A stretch of 63,929 nucleotides of DNA, counting the filler, from Octopus bimaculoides (lineage: Eukaryota), in assembly GCF_001194135.2 (NCBI RefSeq). It is 5 parts of 5 records of this genome, joined end to end, with 100 filler letters (N's around TTAATTAATTAA, not from the genome) between each part and the next. Parts side by side here need not be neighbours in the genome. Positions count along the whole stretch, not along the records: positions 51,215 to 62,293 come from NC_068999.1; positions 62,394 to 63,929 come from NW_026323700.1; 3 more parts are not named here. One strand, given 5' to 3'. Both the position numbers and the translations under genes were made by a program. Shown here piece by piece: positions 51,960-63,929 of this stretch. Each line of letters starts with the position of its first letter. Position 1 is the stretch's first letter. The notes under the pieces were generated by a model. The model was not told the origin of the DNA. It saw nothing but the letters and a program-made list of their open reading frames with translations, and did no database searches.

Positions 51960-52550
51960 AAATGTACTCCAGTCCGCTGCGTATGTGCGTATGTATGTAT
52001 GTATGTATGTATGTATGTATGTGTGTGTGTGTATGTATGTATGTCATTATTCATCGTTATTTCAAGATTTCTTGCCAATAAAGAAAGTGCCAGTTTCTAA
52101 CCTAAGATCCAAAACTCCTTCATTGGAATTTCAACAAACCAACAATGTATGTATGTATGTATATATGTATGTGTCTCTTTAATTTTTTAATTATTATAAA
52201 TCTTCCACCAAGGAGGGAGCCAGTTTCCAGCAAAGATGAAAGGCTCCATCTTTGGGATGTAGCTAACACAGACAAATTCACATTTGGAACTTGAGAAAAG
52301 TCTTGCATATTTTTACTGTTCCACTTACAGATTGCACTTGTAATGTACGAATCAGCAGGTCTTTCTGTGTATGTATGTCATTATACAGTTTATTTCAGAA
52401 CTTCTTGCGAATAGAGAAAGAAGGTTCGAAATTTCCCCTAGACACCTGATGAAGGCTAGAGGATATATCAGCCGAAACATTGTGTTAACAACAAACAAGA
52501 TGAGGACAAATATCCGTCAAATGTAACTAATGTAAATGATGTAAATAATT
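51960..52550 (+). mobile_element. Non-coding interspersed repeat carrying the hammerhead; short (ATGTAA)-like tail
   Basis: An internal direct repeat (gtatgtcattat...ttatttca...ttcttgc.aata.agaaag) occurs at about 52030 and 52375. A related fragment lies at 44215-44370. Confidence 0.55.
52441..52486 (+). ncRNA. Minimal type I hammerhead ribozyme motif (Penelope/retrozyme-like), with one core-adjacent mismatch
   Basis: GACAC CTGATGA A GGCT[agaggatatatc]AGCC GAAAC ATT GTGTT. Stem I is GACAC/GTGTT and stem II is GGCT/AGCC. Both core boxes are intact; stem III is loopless (AACATT, vs palindromic AACGTT). Confidence 0.7.
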
Positions 52551-52972
52551 GTTTCATTTTGTGGTTTGACCAGATTTTGTTCTAACCAAGTTTCTATTCA
52601 TATTTGTTATGCAAATCCTCAAATGATGACCTCATTAGAAGCATATTTCTATTTAAAACCAATATACAATTTAAGCATTGTTGGCGTGATTTAATCTACA
52701 GTCTACCATTTGTATAGACATAATGGAAAACGTTCAATCGATAGACGTTTCGCATTTTCGTTTTTCTCAAGTGCTTTATCGACCATTCTAGCCACATTTT
52801 TTTAAATAGTAAATTTCCACAGAAAAAAAAAAAATCATTTAACTGCTATTTTCACCAAGTTCAGATGCAGTGTCTGAGCAGAAGTGACCATTCTGCTGGT
52901 TCTTACACAATTCCAGGTTTTCGTACGTTTTGCGAAGTGCTTCATAATTTTGAGAATTATGGCTGAACATCA

Positions 52973-53003
<31 letters not shown>

Positions 53004-53052
53004 TGCGCTCGGTAGTGAAGTGAAAGCACGTTATAAAAATAAAACTACTGAA
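53004..53052 (+). mobile_element. 49-bp 3' tip of the Dong-like element inside (TAA)n
   Basis: TGCGCTCGGTAGTGAAGTGAAAGCACGTTATAAAAATAAAACTACTGAA matches the 3' UTR of the copies at 5917-5970 and 56742-56823. Confidence 0.85.
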
Positions 53053-53462
53053 CAATAATAATAATAGCATGAAAAGATGTCACATAGTATGTCACCTCTG
53101 TAAACTGTGTGTGTATCTCTTTAATTAATAGCTTTCCGCAATCTCGTTTCTTTGGAGAAGCTTTATTCGATTATAGTCAGTAAGAAAGTCGAGGTTTCAT
53201 GTGTGAAAACAGAAAGAAAATACAAAGACAAGGAAATCATGATGGACATAAGAAAAATAAAAAGAACAAAATGGCAGATGAAATAATTCTTTGAAATGCC
53301 AGAGGATTTAATCAATTTATCTTGAAGAAACAGACTTCATTCTTCACAAAACAAATGGTTTAAAACAGTAGGGATACTTGGCATTTAAACTAAATCGATG
53401 TCAAACCATGTCATAACGGTAATGCTGATAAAATACTAATACGGCAAGACGATCGACAAGTT

Positions 53463-53466
53463 AATG

Positions 53467-53518
<52 letters not shown>

Positions 53519-53544
53519 TGATGATGATGATGATGATAATAATG

Positions 53545-53627
<83 letters not shown>

Positions 53628-53640
53628 GATGATGATAATC

Positions 53641-53695
<55 letters not shown>

Positions 53696-53807
53696 AAACC
53701 ATGAATAAAATATTTAACAGAATAGTTACGCATCCACGATAAACACTGCTAAGAATTTCCGTCGGTTCACAATATATTTTTTAAATTCCACTTCATGCAT
53801 ATTATTA

Positions 53808-53881
<74 letters not shown>

Positions 53882-54262
53882 GTCGTTGTTGTTGTTGTTG
53901 TTGGCGATGAAGACGATGACAATGATAATGATTTGTTGTTTTTTTTTGTTTTTTGGCGATGCCGTTTACAATAAAACATAGCAGATTCCCCCTTCAGCCA
54001 TGTTTTCTTCTTTAACCAGGTTATTCTTACANNNNNNNNNNNNNNNNNNNNNNNNNNNNNNNNNNNNNNNNNNNNNNNNNNNNNNNNNNNNNNNNNNNNN
54101 NNNNNNNNNNNNNNNNNNNNNNNNNNNNNNNNNNNNNNNNNNNNNNNNNNNNNNNNNNNNNNNNNNNNNNNNNNNNNNNNNNNNNNNNNNNNNNNNNNNN
54201 NNNNNNNNNNNNNNNNNNNNNNNNNNNNNNNACCACCACCACCACCACCACCGCTATTGCTT

Positions 54263-54311
<49 letters not shown>

Positions 54312-54502
54312 GGCAATAATGACGTTAATTAATATAACGATTTCTTAGAATTCAATATTATTGCTTTCTTTTTGTTTCAAATGTTGAAAAAGATAAAACA
54401 CTATTAGTAATAATAATAATGATGAACATGGTCATGATGATGACGACGATGATGATGATGTTGATGACGATAGTATTAGGATTAATAATGATGATGATGA
54501 TG

Positions 54503-54548
<46 letters not shown>

Positions 54549-54601
54549 CAAGAAAAACAATGATAATAATAATAATAATAATGATATTAATAATAGTAAC
54601 G

Positions 54602-54665
<64 letters not shown>

Positions 54666-54680
54666 CTAGTATAATAATTA
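53463..54680. repeat. Compound trinucleotide microsatellite field (ATA/ATG, TTA, GTT, ACC)
   Basis: Directly visible. Similar SSR blocks occur throughout, e.g. 6400-6822, 21300-21554, 22980-23135, 35775-35910, 46800-47150, 59270-59370, 60733-60834 and 61500-61640. Confidence 0.95.
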
Positions 54681-55447
54681 ACAATATTAACACAACTTTA
54701 AACAAACAATTTGTAAAAGTAGAAAACAAGATAATCAACAAACAACACAAACACACAATACACACAAACGAAGGCAAAAGTAAAACAAGACAAATACGAA
54801 ACATATCCAAATTCTTTGTTATCTCCTATTCTTATAATTATTTGTGTTCCAAGATAGCGTGATGGAATGTCTTTGTTTCTGGAAATAAAACGGACTATCA
54901 ACCATATATTAAACACGACTGTGCCATTTTTGATCAGCGACATGCCGACTCATTCTTTGTTTCCAAAATTCAACTGAGAATCGTAACACACATTTCCTCT
55001 GCATTGGCAATGGCGTTTTCTAACTGAAATTTCTTATTTTTCGCTTATTGTCTTTTGCTGTTGCTGATAATATGATCGTTTTTGTTTTGCTTTTTGGTTT
55101 TTTTTTTCTAAATCATTCTTGTTATTAGTGTTCATGTTGATGTTGCGTTTTAAAATCTCCATCCTGAATAAAGGAAAAAAAAAAAAACAGACAAAAAAAA
55201 ACTGAAGTAGTTCTCATCAAATCTATAAATGCTATAATCGCGCCATCTTATTCTGTTTCACGTCTGGATTCATCTCAATGCGGCCTTCGTTGTCACGAAA
55301 TTATCTCCCTTTTTAACGCGGCTAATCTTCAGCGAATTTTAGCTTTTGTTTAAACATAGTTTTCCTTTCTGTCAACAAGTATATAGGTATATATGTATGT
55401 GTATGTGTATGTGTGTGAGTGTGTGTGTGTATGTATAAATAATATAT

Positions 55448-55482
<35 letters not shown>

Positions 55483-55609
55483 GATATATATAATATATAT
55501 AATCTCCCTGTACACATATAGTATTCATATATGTGTGTGTATGTATATATAAATATATATACACACACATATATATGAATACTAGATATGTATATGAAGG
55601 GTATGTATG

Positions 55610-55697
<88 letters not shown>

Positions 55698-56189
55698 GTA
55701 TATGTATATGTATATGTATATGTTTGTGTGTCTGTGTTTGTCGCCCCACCATCGCTTGGCAACGGATGTTGGTGTGTTTACGTTCCCATAACTTAGTGGT
55801 TCAACAAAAGGAACCGACAGAAGAAGTACTAGGCTTACAAATAATAAGTCCTGGCGTCGATTTGTTCGAATAAAGGCGGTGCTCCAGCATTACCGCAGTC
55901 AAATGACTTGAAACAATGAAATTGGAAAGGAATACACGCACAAACACACGCCCAGATATAAACTCTACCGTATGCATTAAAACATTTTCCGTTGTATGTG
56001 TGTGTATGCGTGTGTATGCGTGTGTGTGTGTGTCTGTGTGTGTGTGTGTAAGGAAATCGGGTCGCATCTTCTACGCAGAGGAGTCACGCAGAAATTGTAC
56101 TTCAGGGAAATTCGCAAAATAATAGCAGAAAATATATCATAAGAAATTTGAACTAGAAAATAATTAAGTGCACCTTGTAAGAATTTAAT

Positions 56190-56300
56190 AGAGGGCGTGT
56201 CCATTAGAGCGCTTCGATTGCGCGTTACGTAATTCGATTTCGCATTACAGTGCCGCCATTTTGTGTACATCACGCCATTGCTGTTCGCCCATCGGTGGCG
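56190..56300. promoter_or_regulatory. CpG-rich promoter-like patch with a YY1-type motif
   Basis: Contains GCCGCCATTTTG (YY1 consensus), the TTACGTAA palindrome and many CpGs in an otherwise AT-rich background. No transcript evidence. Confidence 0.4.
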
Positions 56301-56649
56301 ACTCTTATTACATAATAAGGAAACAAGCATTTGAAAAATGATATTGCATGTTAAGGAAAATATGAGAGAAAGAGAGTGAGTGTGAGACAGAGTGAGAGGA
56401 GGAGGAGGAGGAGGGGGGATACAGGGAAGAGAGAAGGGGGAGATGGATGAGGAGAAGCGGAGAGAGAAAGAGATTTTGCTGAAAGTAGTTTCAATTATGT
56501 TTATCTTTGAAACAGCATTAAAACGATAGAGTTTCACTCAAATTCTGATGATCTTTCTGCTAATGGCTTCTTTTCTACTTACTTCCTAGACGTAGATATT
56601 TCTTGCGATTATTCAATACCATTTATTTCTTTACCATTATTATTTTTAT

Positions 56650-56740
<91 letters not shown>

Positions 56741-56741
56741 G

Positions 56742-56823
56742 TTCAGTAGTTTTCTTTTTATAACGTGCTTTCACTTCACTACCGAGCGCAGCTCTGTGCG
56801 CCTTGGGTATGTGCTGTGGTTTG
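56742..56823 (-). mobile_element. 3' end of a Dong-like element running into an N gap
   Basis: Near-identical to 5917-6000. (TAC)n(TAT)n lies on both sides of the element plus gap. Confidence 0.85.
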
Positions 56824-57355
56824 NNNNNNNNNNNNNNNNNNNNNNNNNNNNNNNNNNNNNNNNNNNNNNNNNNNNNNNNNNNNNNNNNNNNNNNNNNNNN
56901 NNNNNNNNNNNNNNNNNNNNNNNNNNNNNNNNNNNNNNNNNNNNNNNNNNNNNNNNNNNNNNNNNNNNNNNNNNNNNNNNNNNNNNNNNNNNNNNNNNNN
57001 NNNNNNNNNNNNNNNNNNNNNNNNNNNNNNNNNNNNNNNNNNNNNNNNNNNNNNNNNNNNNNNNNNNNNNNNNNNNNNNNNNNNNNNNNNNNNNNNNNNN
57101 NNNNNNNNNNNNNNNNNNNNNNNNNNNNNNNNNNNNNNNNNNNNNNNNNNNNNNNNNNNNNNNNNNNNNNNNNNNNNNNNNNNNNNNNNNNNNNNNNNNN
57201 NNNNNNNNNNNNNNNNNNNNNNNNNNNNNNNNNNNNNNNNNNNNNNNNNNNNNNNNNNNNNNNNNNNNNNNNNNNNNNNNNNNNNNNNNNNNNNNNNNNN
57301 NNNNNNNNNNNNNNNNNNNNNNNNNNNNNNNNNNNNNNNNNNNNNNNNNNNNNNN

Positions 57356-57447
<92 letters not shown>

Positions 57448-58139
57448 GTGGCGGTGGTGGTGCTGGTGCAGCTGCTGCCGTGTGGGTGTATTTCTTGATC
57501 TACCTCGGTCGTTGTCTCCGTCGTTGTTATTTTTTTGTTTTTTCCTCAACACCCACCCACCCCTTCTCCACCCGTATATGCTTTCTAGAGGTGATTAGAT
57601 GTCAGGGCGCCGCTGTGCAACGTTGAGAGACATGTCAAGGCTATCGCATTAACGTGTTGGCAGCATCTGAATATCAGAACGTAGCTGTTTGTAAAACAAC
57701 TTACGAGTATTTACTTTCATGTCTTTTACCCCTAAAATTTAATGCTTCCTTACAGAAGTTACTACCTGGCTTTTCATTCTCGACAGAATCGTTAAAATAA
57801 CCTGCCAGCAATTTACTGGTGTCAATTCATTCCAATAGTTTATATCTTCCGTAAAAATAGACAAACTGCTTCTTTTTCTTGTGTGTGTGTAACATGGCGG
57901 AATCGCAGAGAGCTAGAAGTAATTGCTTTTGGCTTTTGGTTACCTCCTCTTTCGCTATGAATTCAATTTCCTTCTTCTGAATTTGATAGAATTTGATAGA
58001 ATTCCGATAGAATAATAAGACAGTAGGAGGTATCCTAGAAGGTAGTATACCCGCAGGGTGGAGGCCCCTATTGGAGCCGGTAATGGACTTCAAAACGTAA
58101 TAAAATGTACCAATCATCATCATGATGATCATCAACATC

Positions 58140-59225
58140 CTCACCCATTCCTTCTAGGTAGGTACAGACCATCAACATCTGCTTTTCGGTGGCGCATGTT
58201 CTTAGAAGTTAGTAGTCTTCCTGTCCAGAAGTTGGAGCTCTGAAAGATTCCAGTTAATGAAGTTAAAACTATATTGGACTACCGGAAGTGTCGGGGTGTT
58301 AATGGCTTCGATACGATTTTTGAGTTGAGTTCAGTTTTTGGTGTGAGTCGTATTCACCTGTAAAATTCCTTTCTTATTTTTTCCCCAGGTAACTAATTTT
58401 CTTGTGGATCAATCTCCTTGACGGTAGTGTCGGTATTTAATTTAATGGAAGCTGTTTGTCTGAGCTTGTCTCTTACAAAAGTTGCCTGAGCACTCTTATC
58501 GAAGCCAAAGTCCATCCCGATGTCATTACTGAATTCTTTAAAAATTGTTAGCAGCCCCGCTAGCTCTTCATCATTTCTAGCAAACAGCTTCAGATCGTTC
58601 ATATAAAATAGATGGTCTATTGTCGTATCGCAAACTTTGTGCCCATACCAGGCGTTATCTAGTTTGTTTGAGCGTGAGAGCAGTGCCATGCAAAATATTA
58701 ATGGGGAGAAGGAGTCACCTTGAAAGATGCTTCGTTTGATGTTGATGTTGTTAGTTTGGCTCATCCCATTTATATGGTTTAGAAGGAGACATGTGTTCCA
58801 CTTAGTCATGCTACTTTATAAGAATTTGGAGATGACTGGAGAAGTCTTATATATATCAAGAACCTTGAGTATCCAATTATGTGGGGCACTATCAAACGCT
58901 TTCCTGTAGTCTATCCATGCCATACACAGGTTCTTCTTTTTGCTCCGGCAATTCTCTACAATCATCTTCTTGTGAGTAATTGATCTTTGTACCCATAGGA
59001 ATTCCTTTTACCGCCTGTTTGAGCTTGTGAAAGGATAGATCTCTGTTCAAGAAATGCGTTTATTCTGTCAGTTAATATGGATGTGAAGATCTTGTAGATG
59101 GTGTCGAGACATGTTATTGGCCGGTAGTTCTTTGGATATTTTTGTGTCTTCAGTTTTTGGTAGAAGGTATGTTGTTCCTTCGGTGAGGCAGGCAGATATT
59201 TCCTCTGAGTCCTGGATGACATCTG
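58140..59225 (-). mobile_element. R4/Dong-like reverse transcriptase pseudogene
   Basis: TEGTTYLLPK, NYRPITCL.TIYKIFTSIL, AWIDYRKAFDSAPH, SIFQGDSFSPLIFC, HLFYMNDLKLFA (YMDD decayed) and ELNSKNRIEAINT...DVDGLYLPR, with stops and frameshifts. Confidence 0.9.
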
Positions 59226-59270
59226 TCAGAGATGCAGCGAAATTTGGGTGTATTTCTGTTATTGTTATTG

Positions 59271-59360
<90 letters not shown>

Positions 59361-59947
59361 GTTGTTGTTGTCGCCGTTGTTGCTATCATTATTCGTTTTG
59401 TTTCCCACTGGAAAATTTCAAGTTCATTTGAATGTAAGTGGCATAGTGACATCTCTTTGCTGTGTTTATGTTATCGTAACGTCCCTACGTAAAATTCTGT
59501 TAGTAGATCACTTAGAAATGGAGTAGGGGCGTTCTTTGGGGGTGGAAAAAATTCGGTTAACTCATCATACTCGACAGCGATATTGGGGCCATGTTAATGA
59601 AGCTGAGTGTAATGTAGCACCGTTTGTTTACTTGCCAAACTGAATCACCAGCCGGTAAATGTTACATAATGACAACCATTACACATGCATATGTATATGT
59701 GTGTATATATGTACATATATACATATGTGTATTTGTATGCACCTTAAGCATCTTCATGCGTGTATGAGATGCATATACATAGACACGCACACATACATAC
59801 GTATGTATGTATCCATGGCGTGTAAATAAATATATGCATACATAAAAATATACATTCACACATACGCCATGTTCCCTTGTCTAACTCTCATTAAATCTTG
59901 ATAAATAAACTTAACTTTGTGTATATCATTTATATTAAAAGATATAC

Positions 59948-59983
<36 letters not shown>

Positions 59984-60338
59984 NNNNNNNNNNNNNNNNN
60001 NNNNNNNNNNNNNNNNNNNNNNNNNNNNNNNNNNNNNNNNNNNNNNNNNNNNNNNNNNNNNNNNNNNNNNNNNNNNNNNNNNNNNNNNNNNNNNNNNNNN
60101 NNNNNNNNNNNNNNNNNNNNNNNNNNNNNNNNNNNNNNNNNNNNNNNNNNNNNNNNNNNNNNNNNNNNNNNNNNNNNNNNNNNNNNNNNNNNNNNNNNNN
60201 NNNNNNNNNNNNNNNNNNNNNNNNNNNNNNNNNNNNNNNNNNNNNNNNNNNNNNNNNNNNNNNNNNNNNNNNNNNNNNNNNNNNNNNNNNNNNNNNNNNN
60301 NNNNNNNNNNNNNNNNNNNNNNNNNNNNNNNNNNNNNN

Positions 60339-60371
<33 letters not shown>

Positions 60372-62393
60372 CAACCATACATGCATGCATACATACATAT
60401 GTACTTTCACAGTTGTGTGGATGGATGTTGGAGAGGAAATCTGTGCGCTCATAACGGTGCCATTACTAAATTTGGTTCTACCTGTGTTCACATAGCGCCA
60501 ACCCTTCTAATTTTCACTTTTCCTTTTATTTATTCATACTCCATTTTGGAATATTTATTAAATTGGCGATTACATACACACATGCATGTATCTATGCATA
60601 CACACACATATCACACACAGACTTGTATGTGAGTATATATGTGTCTATGTGTATGAATGTATGTATAGTGGGATACATGAATGGATGGGTGGATGGATGG
60701 ATACTCCAATTTGCAGGACAATCTTACACCGGCTCTTCTTCTTCTTCTTCTTCTTCTTCTTCTTCTTCTTCTTCTTCTTCTTCTTCTTCTTCTTCTTCTT
60801 CTTCTTCTTCTTCTTCTTCTTCTTCTTCTTCTTNNNNNNNNNNNNNNNNNNNNNNNNNNNNNNNNNNNNNNNNNNNNNNNNNNNNNNNNNNNNNNNNNNN
60901 NNNNNNNNNNNNNNNNNNNNNNNNNNNNNNNNNNNNNNNNNNNNNNNNNNNNNNNNNNNNNNNNNNNNNNNNNNNNNNNNNNNNNNNNNNNNNNNNNNNN
61001 NNNNNNNNNNNNNNNNNNNNNNNNNNNNNNNNNNNNNNNNNNNNNNNNNNNNNNNNNNNNNNNNNNNNNNNNNNNNNNNNNNNNNNNNNNNNNNNNNNNN
61101 NNNNNNNNNNNNNNNNNNNNNNNNNNNNNNNNNNNNNNNNNNNNNNNNNNNNNNNNNNNNNNNNNNNNNNNNNNNNNNNNNNNNNNNNNNNNNNNNNNNN
61201 NNNNNNNNNNNNNNNNNNNNNNNNNNNNNNNNNNNNNNNNNNNNNNNNNNNNNNNNNNNNNNNNNNNNNNNNNNNNNNNNNNNNNNNNNNNNNNNNNNNN
61301 NNNNNNNNNNNNNNNNNNNNNNNNNNNNNNNNNNNNNNNNNNNNNNNNNNNNNNNNNNNNNNNNNNNNNNNNNNNNNNNNNNNNNNNNNNNNNNNNNNNN
61401 NNNNNNNNNNNNNNNNNNNNNNNNNNNNNNNNNNNNNNNNNNNNNNNNNNNNNNNNNGCCTGTCATTATATGAGTGGTCGACTACTACAATCCTTGAAGT
61501 AAGAAGAAGAAGGAGAAGAAGAAGTAGTAGAAAAAGAAGAAGAAGAAGAAGAAGAAGAAGAAGAAGAAGAAGAAGAAGAAGAAGAAGAAGAAGAAGAAGA
61601 AGAAGAAGAAGAAGAAGAAGAAGAAGAAGAAGAAGAAAAGCAACAGCGACAACAACAACAAGACAGAGAGAAGATAACATCTCGTGCGATTCTTTTTAGA
61701 TAATCTTTCGGTTTATAGTGTGCCATCATTGCTAGGTATTTCATTCTGTTGATAGACATGCATATATTAATGAATCTACTGAATAAATTGTCTGTATGGT
61801 GTCTCTGAATAAAAACCGCTCGTTGTATGTCTACGTAACAAAGGAATGCGAACAGGGAGGTCGGGAGGAAGCGTTGAGTTAAGGCGAGGTCTGGTGGTGC
61901 TATTGGGGTGTGTGTGTGGAAGAAAAGATTAGTTTATTTTATTGGCAGATAATCAAGAAAACATGGCTTTTAATTGAACTTAACCAGTCATAGCTTGAAG
62001 GCATGCTGATGAAAGATATAAATGTTACGATGAATATAGAATAAAGAAAATAAAGCATTTCGTTTTGCCAACCAATAGCCCTATATCAGAGACTGCTATC
62101 TATTTCCTAGATTCAGAAGTAAACAAATATACATGTTATGCTTGCATGTACACCTATATATGTATATATATGTATATATATAACTGAACATTATGCTTCA
62201 CTCTACTACGATCTTAAAAGAATATACCATAACTATACACACACACTCACGCGTGCATATGTATATGTATATATATATATATATTTATATATANNNNNNN
62301 NNNNNNNNNNNNNNNNNNNNNNNNNNNNNNNNNNNNNTTAATTAATTAANNNNNNNNNNNNNNNNNNNNNNNNNNNNNNNNNNNNNNNNNNNN

Positions 62394-62426
<33 letters not shown>

Positions 62427-63144
62427 GTGTGTATTTCTGCATGTGTTTGACCCTAGCATCCATAGACAAGTGGTGTTGGTTTGTTTGCGTCTCCGTAAAC
62501 CAGCGGTGTAAGAGGCCCATAGAATCAGCACAAGGATTAAAAAATAATTACTGGGGCTGACTAAAACCCGCCAAAGCGGTACACCAACATGGCCGCAATG
62601 CAGTGACTGAGACAAGTACGAAATAAACGATAAAGAAAATTAACAGTGAAATATGTGTGAACGTTTGGCTGTGATTGTATGTGAATGTGTGTGTTTGATT
62701 GTGCATGTGAGTGTAAGTATGGATTCGTAGGAAGCGATTGTAATAAATGTAATACATATCTATATTGCAAAATATCTAACTCACCGTTTTTATGAATTTA
62801 ACAGATTTTTCAGATAATTCACTCTCACTGAGGTGTTTTGTGATACAAATTTACACATATAAAAAAAATTATATATTTGTATATGTGCGCCGATTGTTCA
62901 TTTAGAAAACATAACTTACGGCCCGTTATAATCTTAGTCATATTTGTATTACAGTACAGAGAGATAGTAAACCTACAAACTACCATGTTATTGGTCCACA
63001 TTTCCGTACTAATTAAATTACTTTGTTTGAGCCTAAATTGCATGAAATTATTATCAGTTCAAATTTATTATTGCATAATTTCATTTTTCACTTCTAAAAC
63101 ATTGCAACGTTATCTCACTGTCTATCAATGATCTTATTTGGCAG

Positions 63145-63420
63145 ATACCTTCCTGAATCTCCAAGATGGCTTCTTAATAAAGGGAGATTTACAAAAGCTG
63201 AAAAGGCATTTGAGAGGATAGCTAGAACAAATAAGAAAAGTGCTGAGATTGCGGTAAAACTTATTCAGAAACTTCAAACAGAAAGGGAATCCAAATTGCA
63301 GACCGAAGTTGTCGAAAATATAAATCTTGGAAGTAAGAAAATACATAAGACGTACACAGCAATTGATTTGTTAAAGAAACCTCGAAGAGCGATGATTTCT
63401 GTGAATATTTGGTTTAACTG
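63145..63420 (+). CDS. SLC22-family organic cation/carnitine transporter-like internal exon (YLPESPRWLLNKGRFTKAEK...IWFNW)
   Basis: ttggcag|A ... TG|gtaaat. The PESPRWL motif and the LL+.P..R..+L segment are typical of the SLC22 central loop. Confidence 0.92.
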
Positions 63421-63851
63421 GTAAATCTTTTATCATGTTCAAGATTAAATAATAAATATTTATCAATATGTTCTATGCTCAGTAGGCAGCGAGTTTAGTC
63501 GAACGGACAGCCATGTTCAAGTAGCTACGATTATATATGTATGCATGTATGTGTGTCTGTGTTTGTCACCCCACCATCGCTTGACACCGATGTTGGCGTG
63601 TTTACGTCCCTGTAACATAGCGTTTCGACATAAGTGACTGATAGAATAAGTACAAGGCTTAAAAAATACATACTGAGGAAATCCATTCGACTAAGAATTC
63701 AAGGCAGTGCCCCAGCATGGCCGCAGTCTAATGACTGAGAAAAGTAAAGATAAAAGATATATATTCATTATATATAAAGAATTATTAAACAATTAGTTAA
63801 GATCTGTTTACTAAGCTACTTTTCAAACGTACTCCTTTTATCTTTTTACAG

Positions 63852-63929
63852 GTTTGTCAACAGTATGATTTACTACGGAGTGACACTAAATTCTGTTGAT
63901 ATGTCTGGCAATCGCTATATAAACTTCTT
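63852..63929 (+). CDS. SLC22-family next exon, truncated by the window end (W|FVNSMIYYGVTLNSVDMSGNRYINF)
   Basis: tctttttacag|G completes the TG|G Trp codon. The WF.NS..YYG+.LN....GN.Y+NF signature corresponds to SLC22 TM7-8. Confidence 0.92.

Noticed and set aside
53436-54862. Poly-Ile/Tyr/Met ORFs, and similar low-complexity or X-filled ORFs throughout the track
   Set aside because: They are translations of microsatellites or N gaps.
54698-54943. 81-aa minus-strand ORF with a hydrophobic start
   Set aside because: No recognisable motif or splice support, and the 3' half is low-complexity.
19752-63145. Functional linkage or synteny between XPG and the SLC22 gene
   Set aside because: They are separated by four artificial linkers.

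Overview
Eukaryotic, AT-rich, microsatellite- and SINE-laden DNA. The repeat families suggest a coleoid cephalopod, most likely Octopus (inference). The window is not one contiguous locus: four identical 100-bp artificial linkers (44N-TTAATTAATTAA-44N) split it into five pieces (1-21554, 21655-44030, 44131-51114, 51215-62293, 62394-63929). Piece 1 holds seven internal coding exons of ERCC5/XPG on the + strand, with intact catalytic motifs and a U12-type (minor spliceosome) intron. One internal exon and both gene ends are missing. Piece 5 holds two exons of an SLC22-family transporter. The rest is mostly repeats: tRNA-derived SINEs, R4/Dong-like RLE retrotransposon relics sitting in (TAA)n, CR1/L2, mariner, maT and piggyBac relics, and several MITEs. 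The most notable non-obvious signals are a Penelope/retrozyme-type minimal hammerhead ribozyme motif (52441-52486), a mariner fold-back element whose arms carry transposase C-terminus next to the XPG catalytic exon, a full-length 5S rRNA pseudogene abutting a SINE, and a 38-bp intronic hairpin. No prokaryote-type system or CRISPR array is present. All assignments are by-eye motif recognition; no database search was run.
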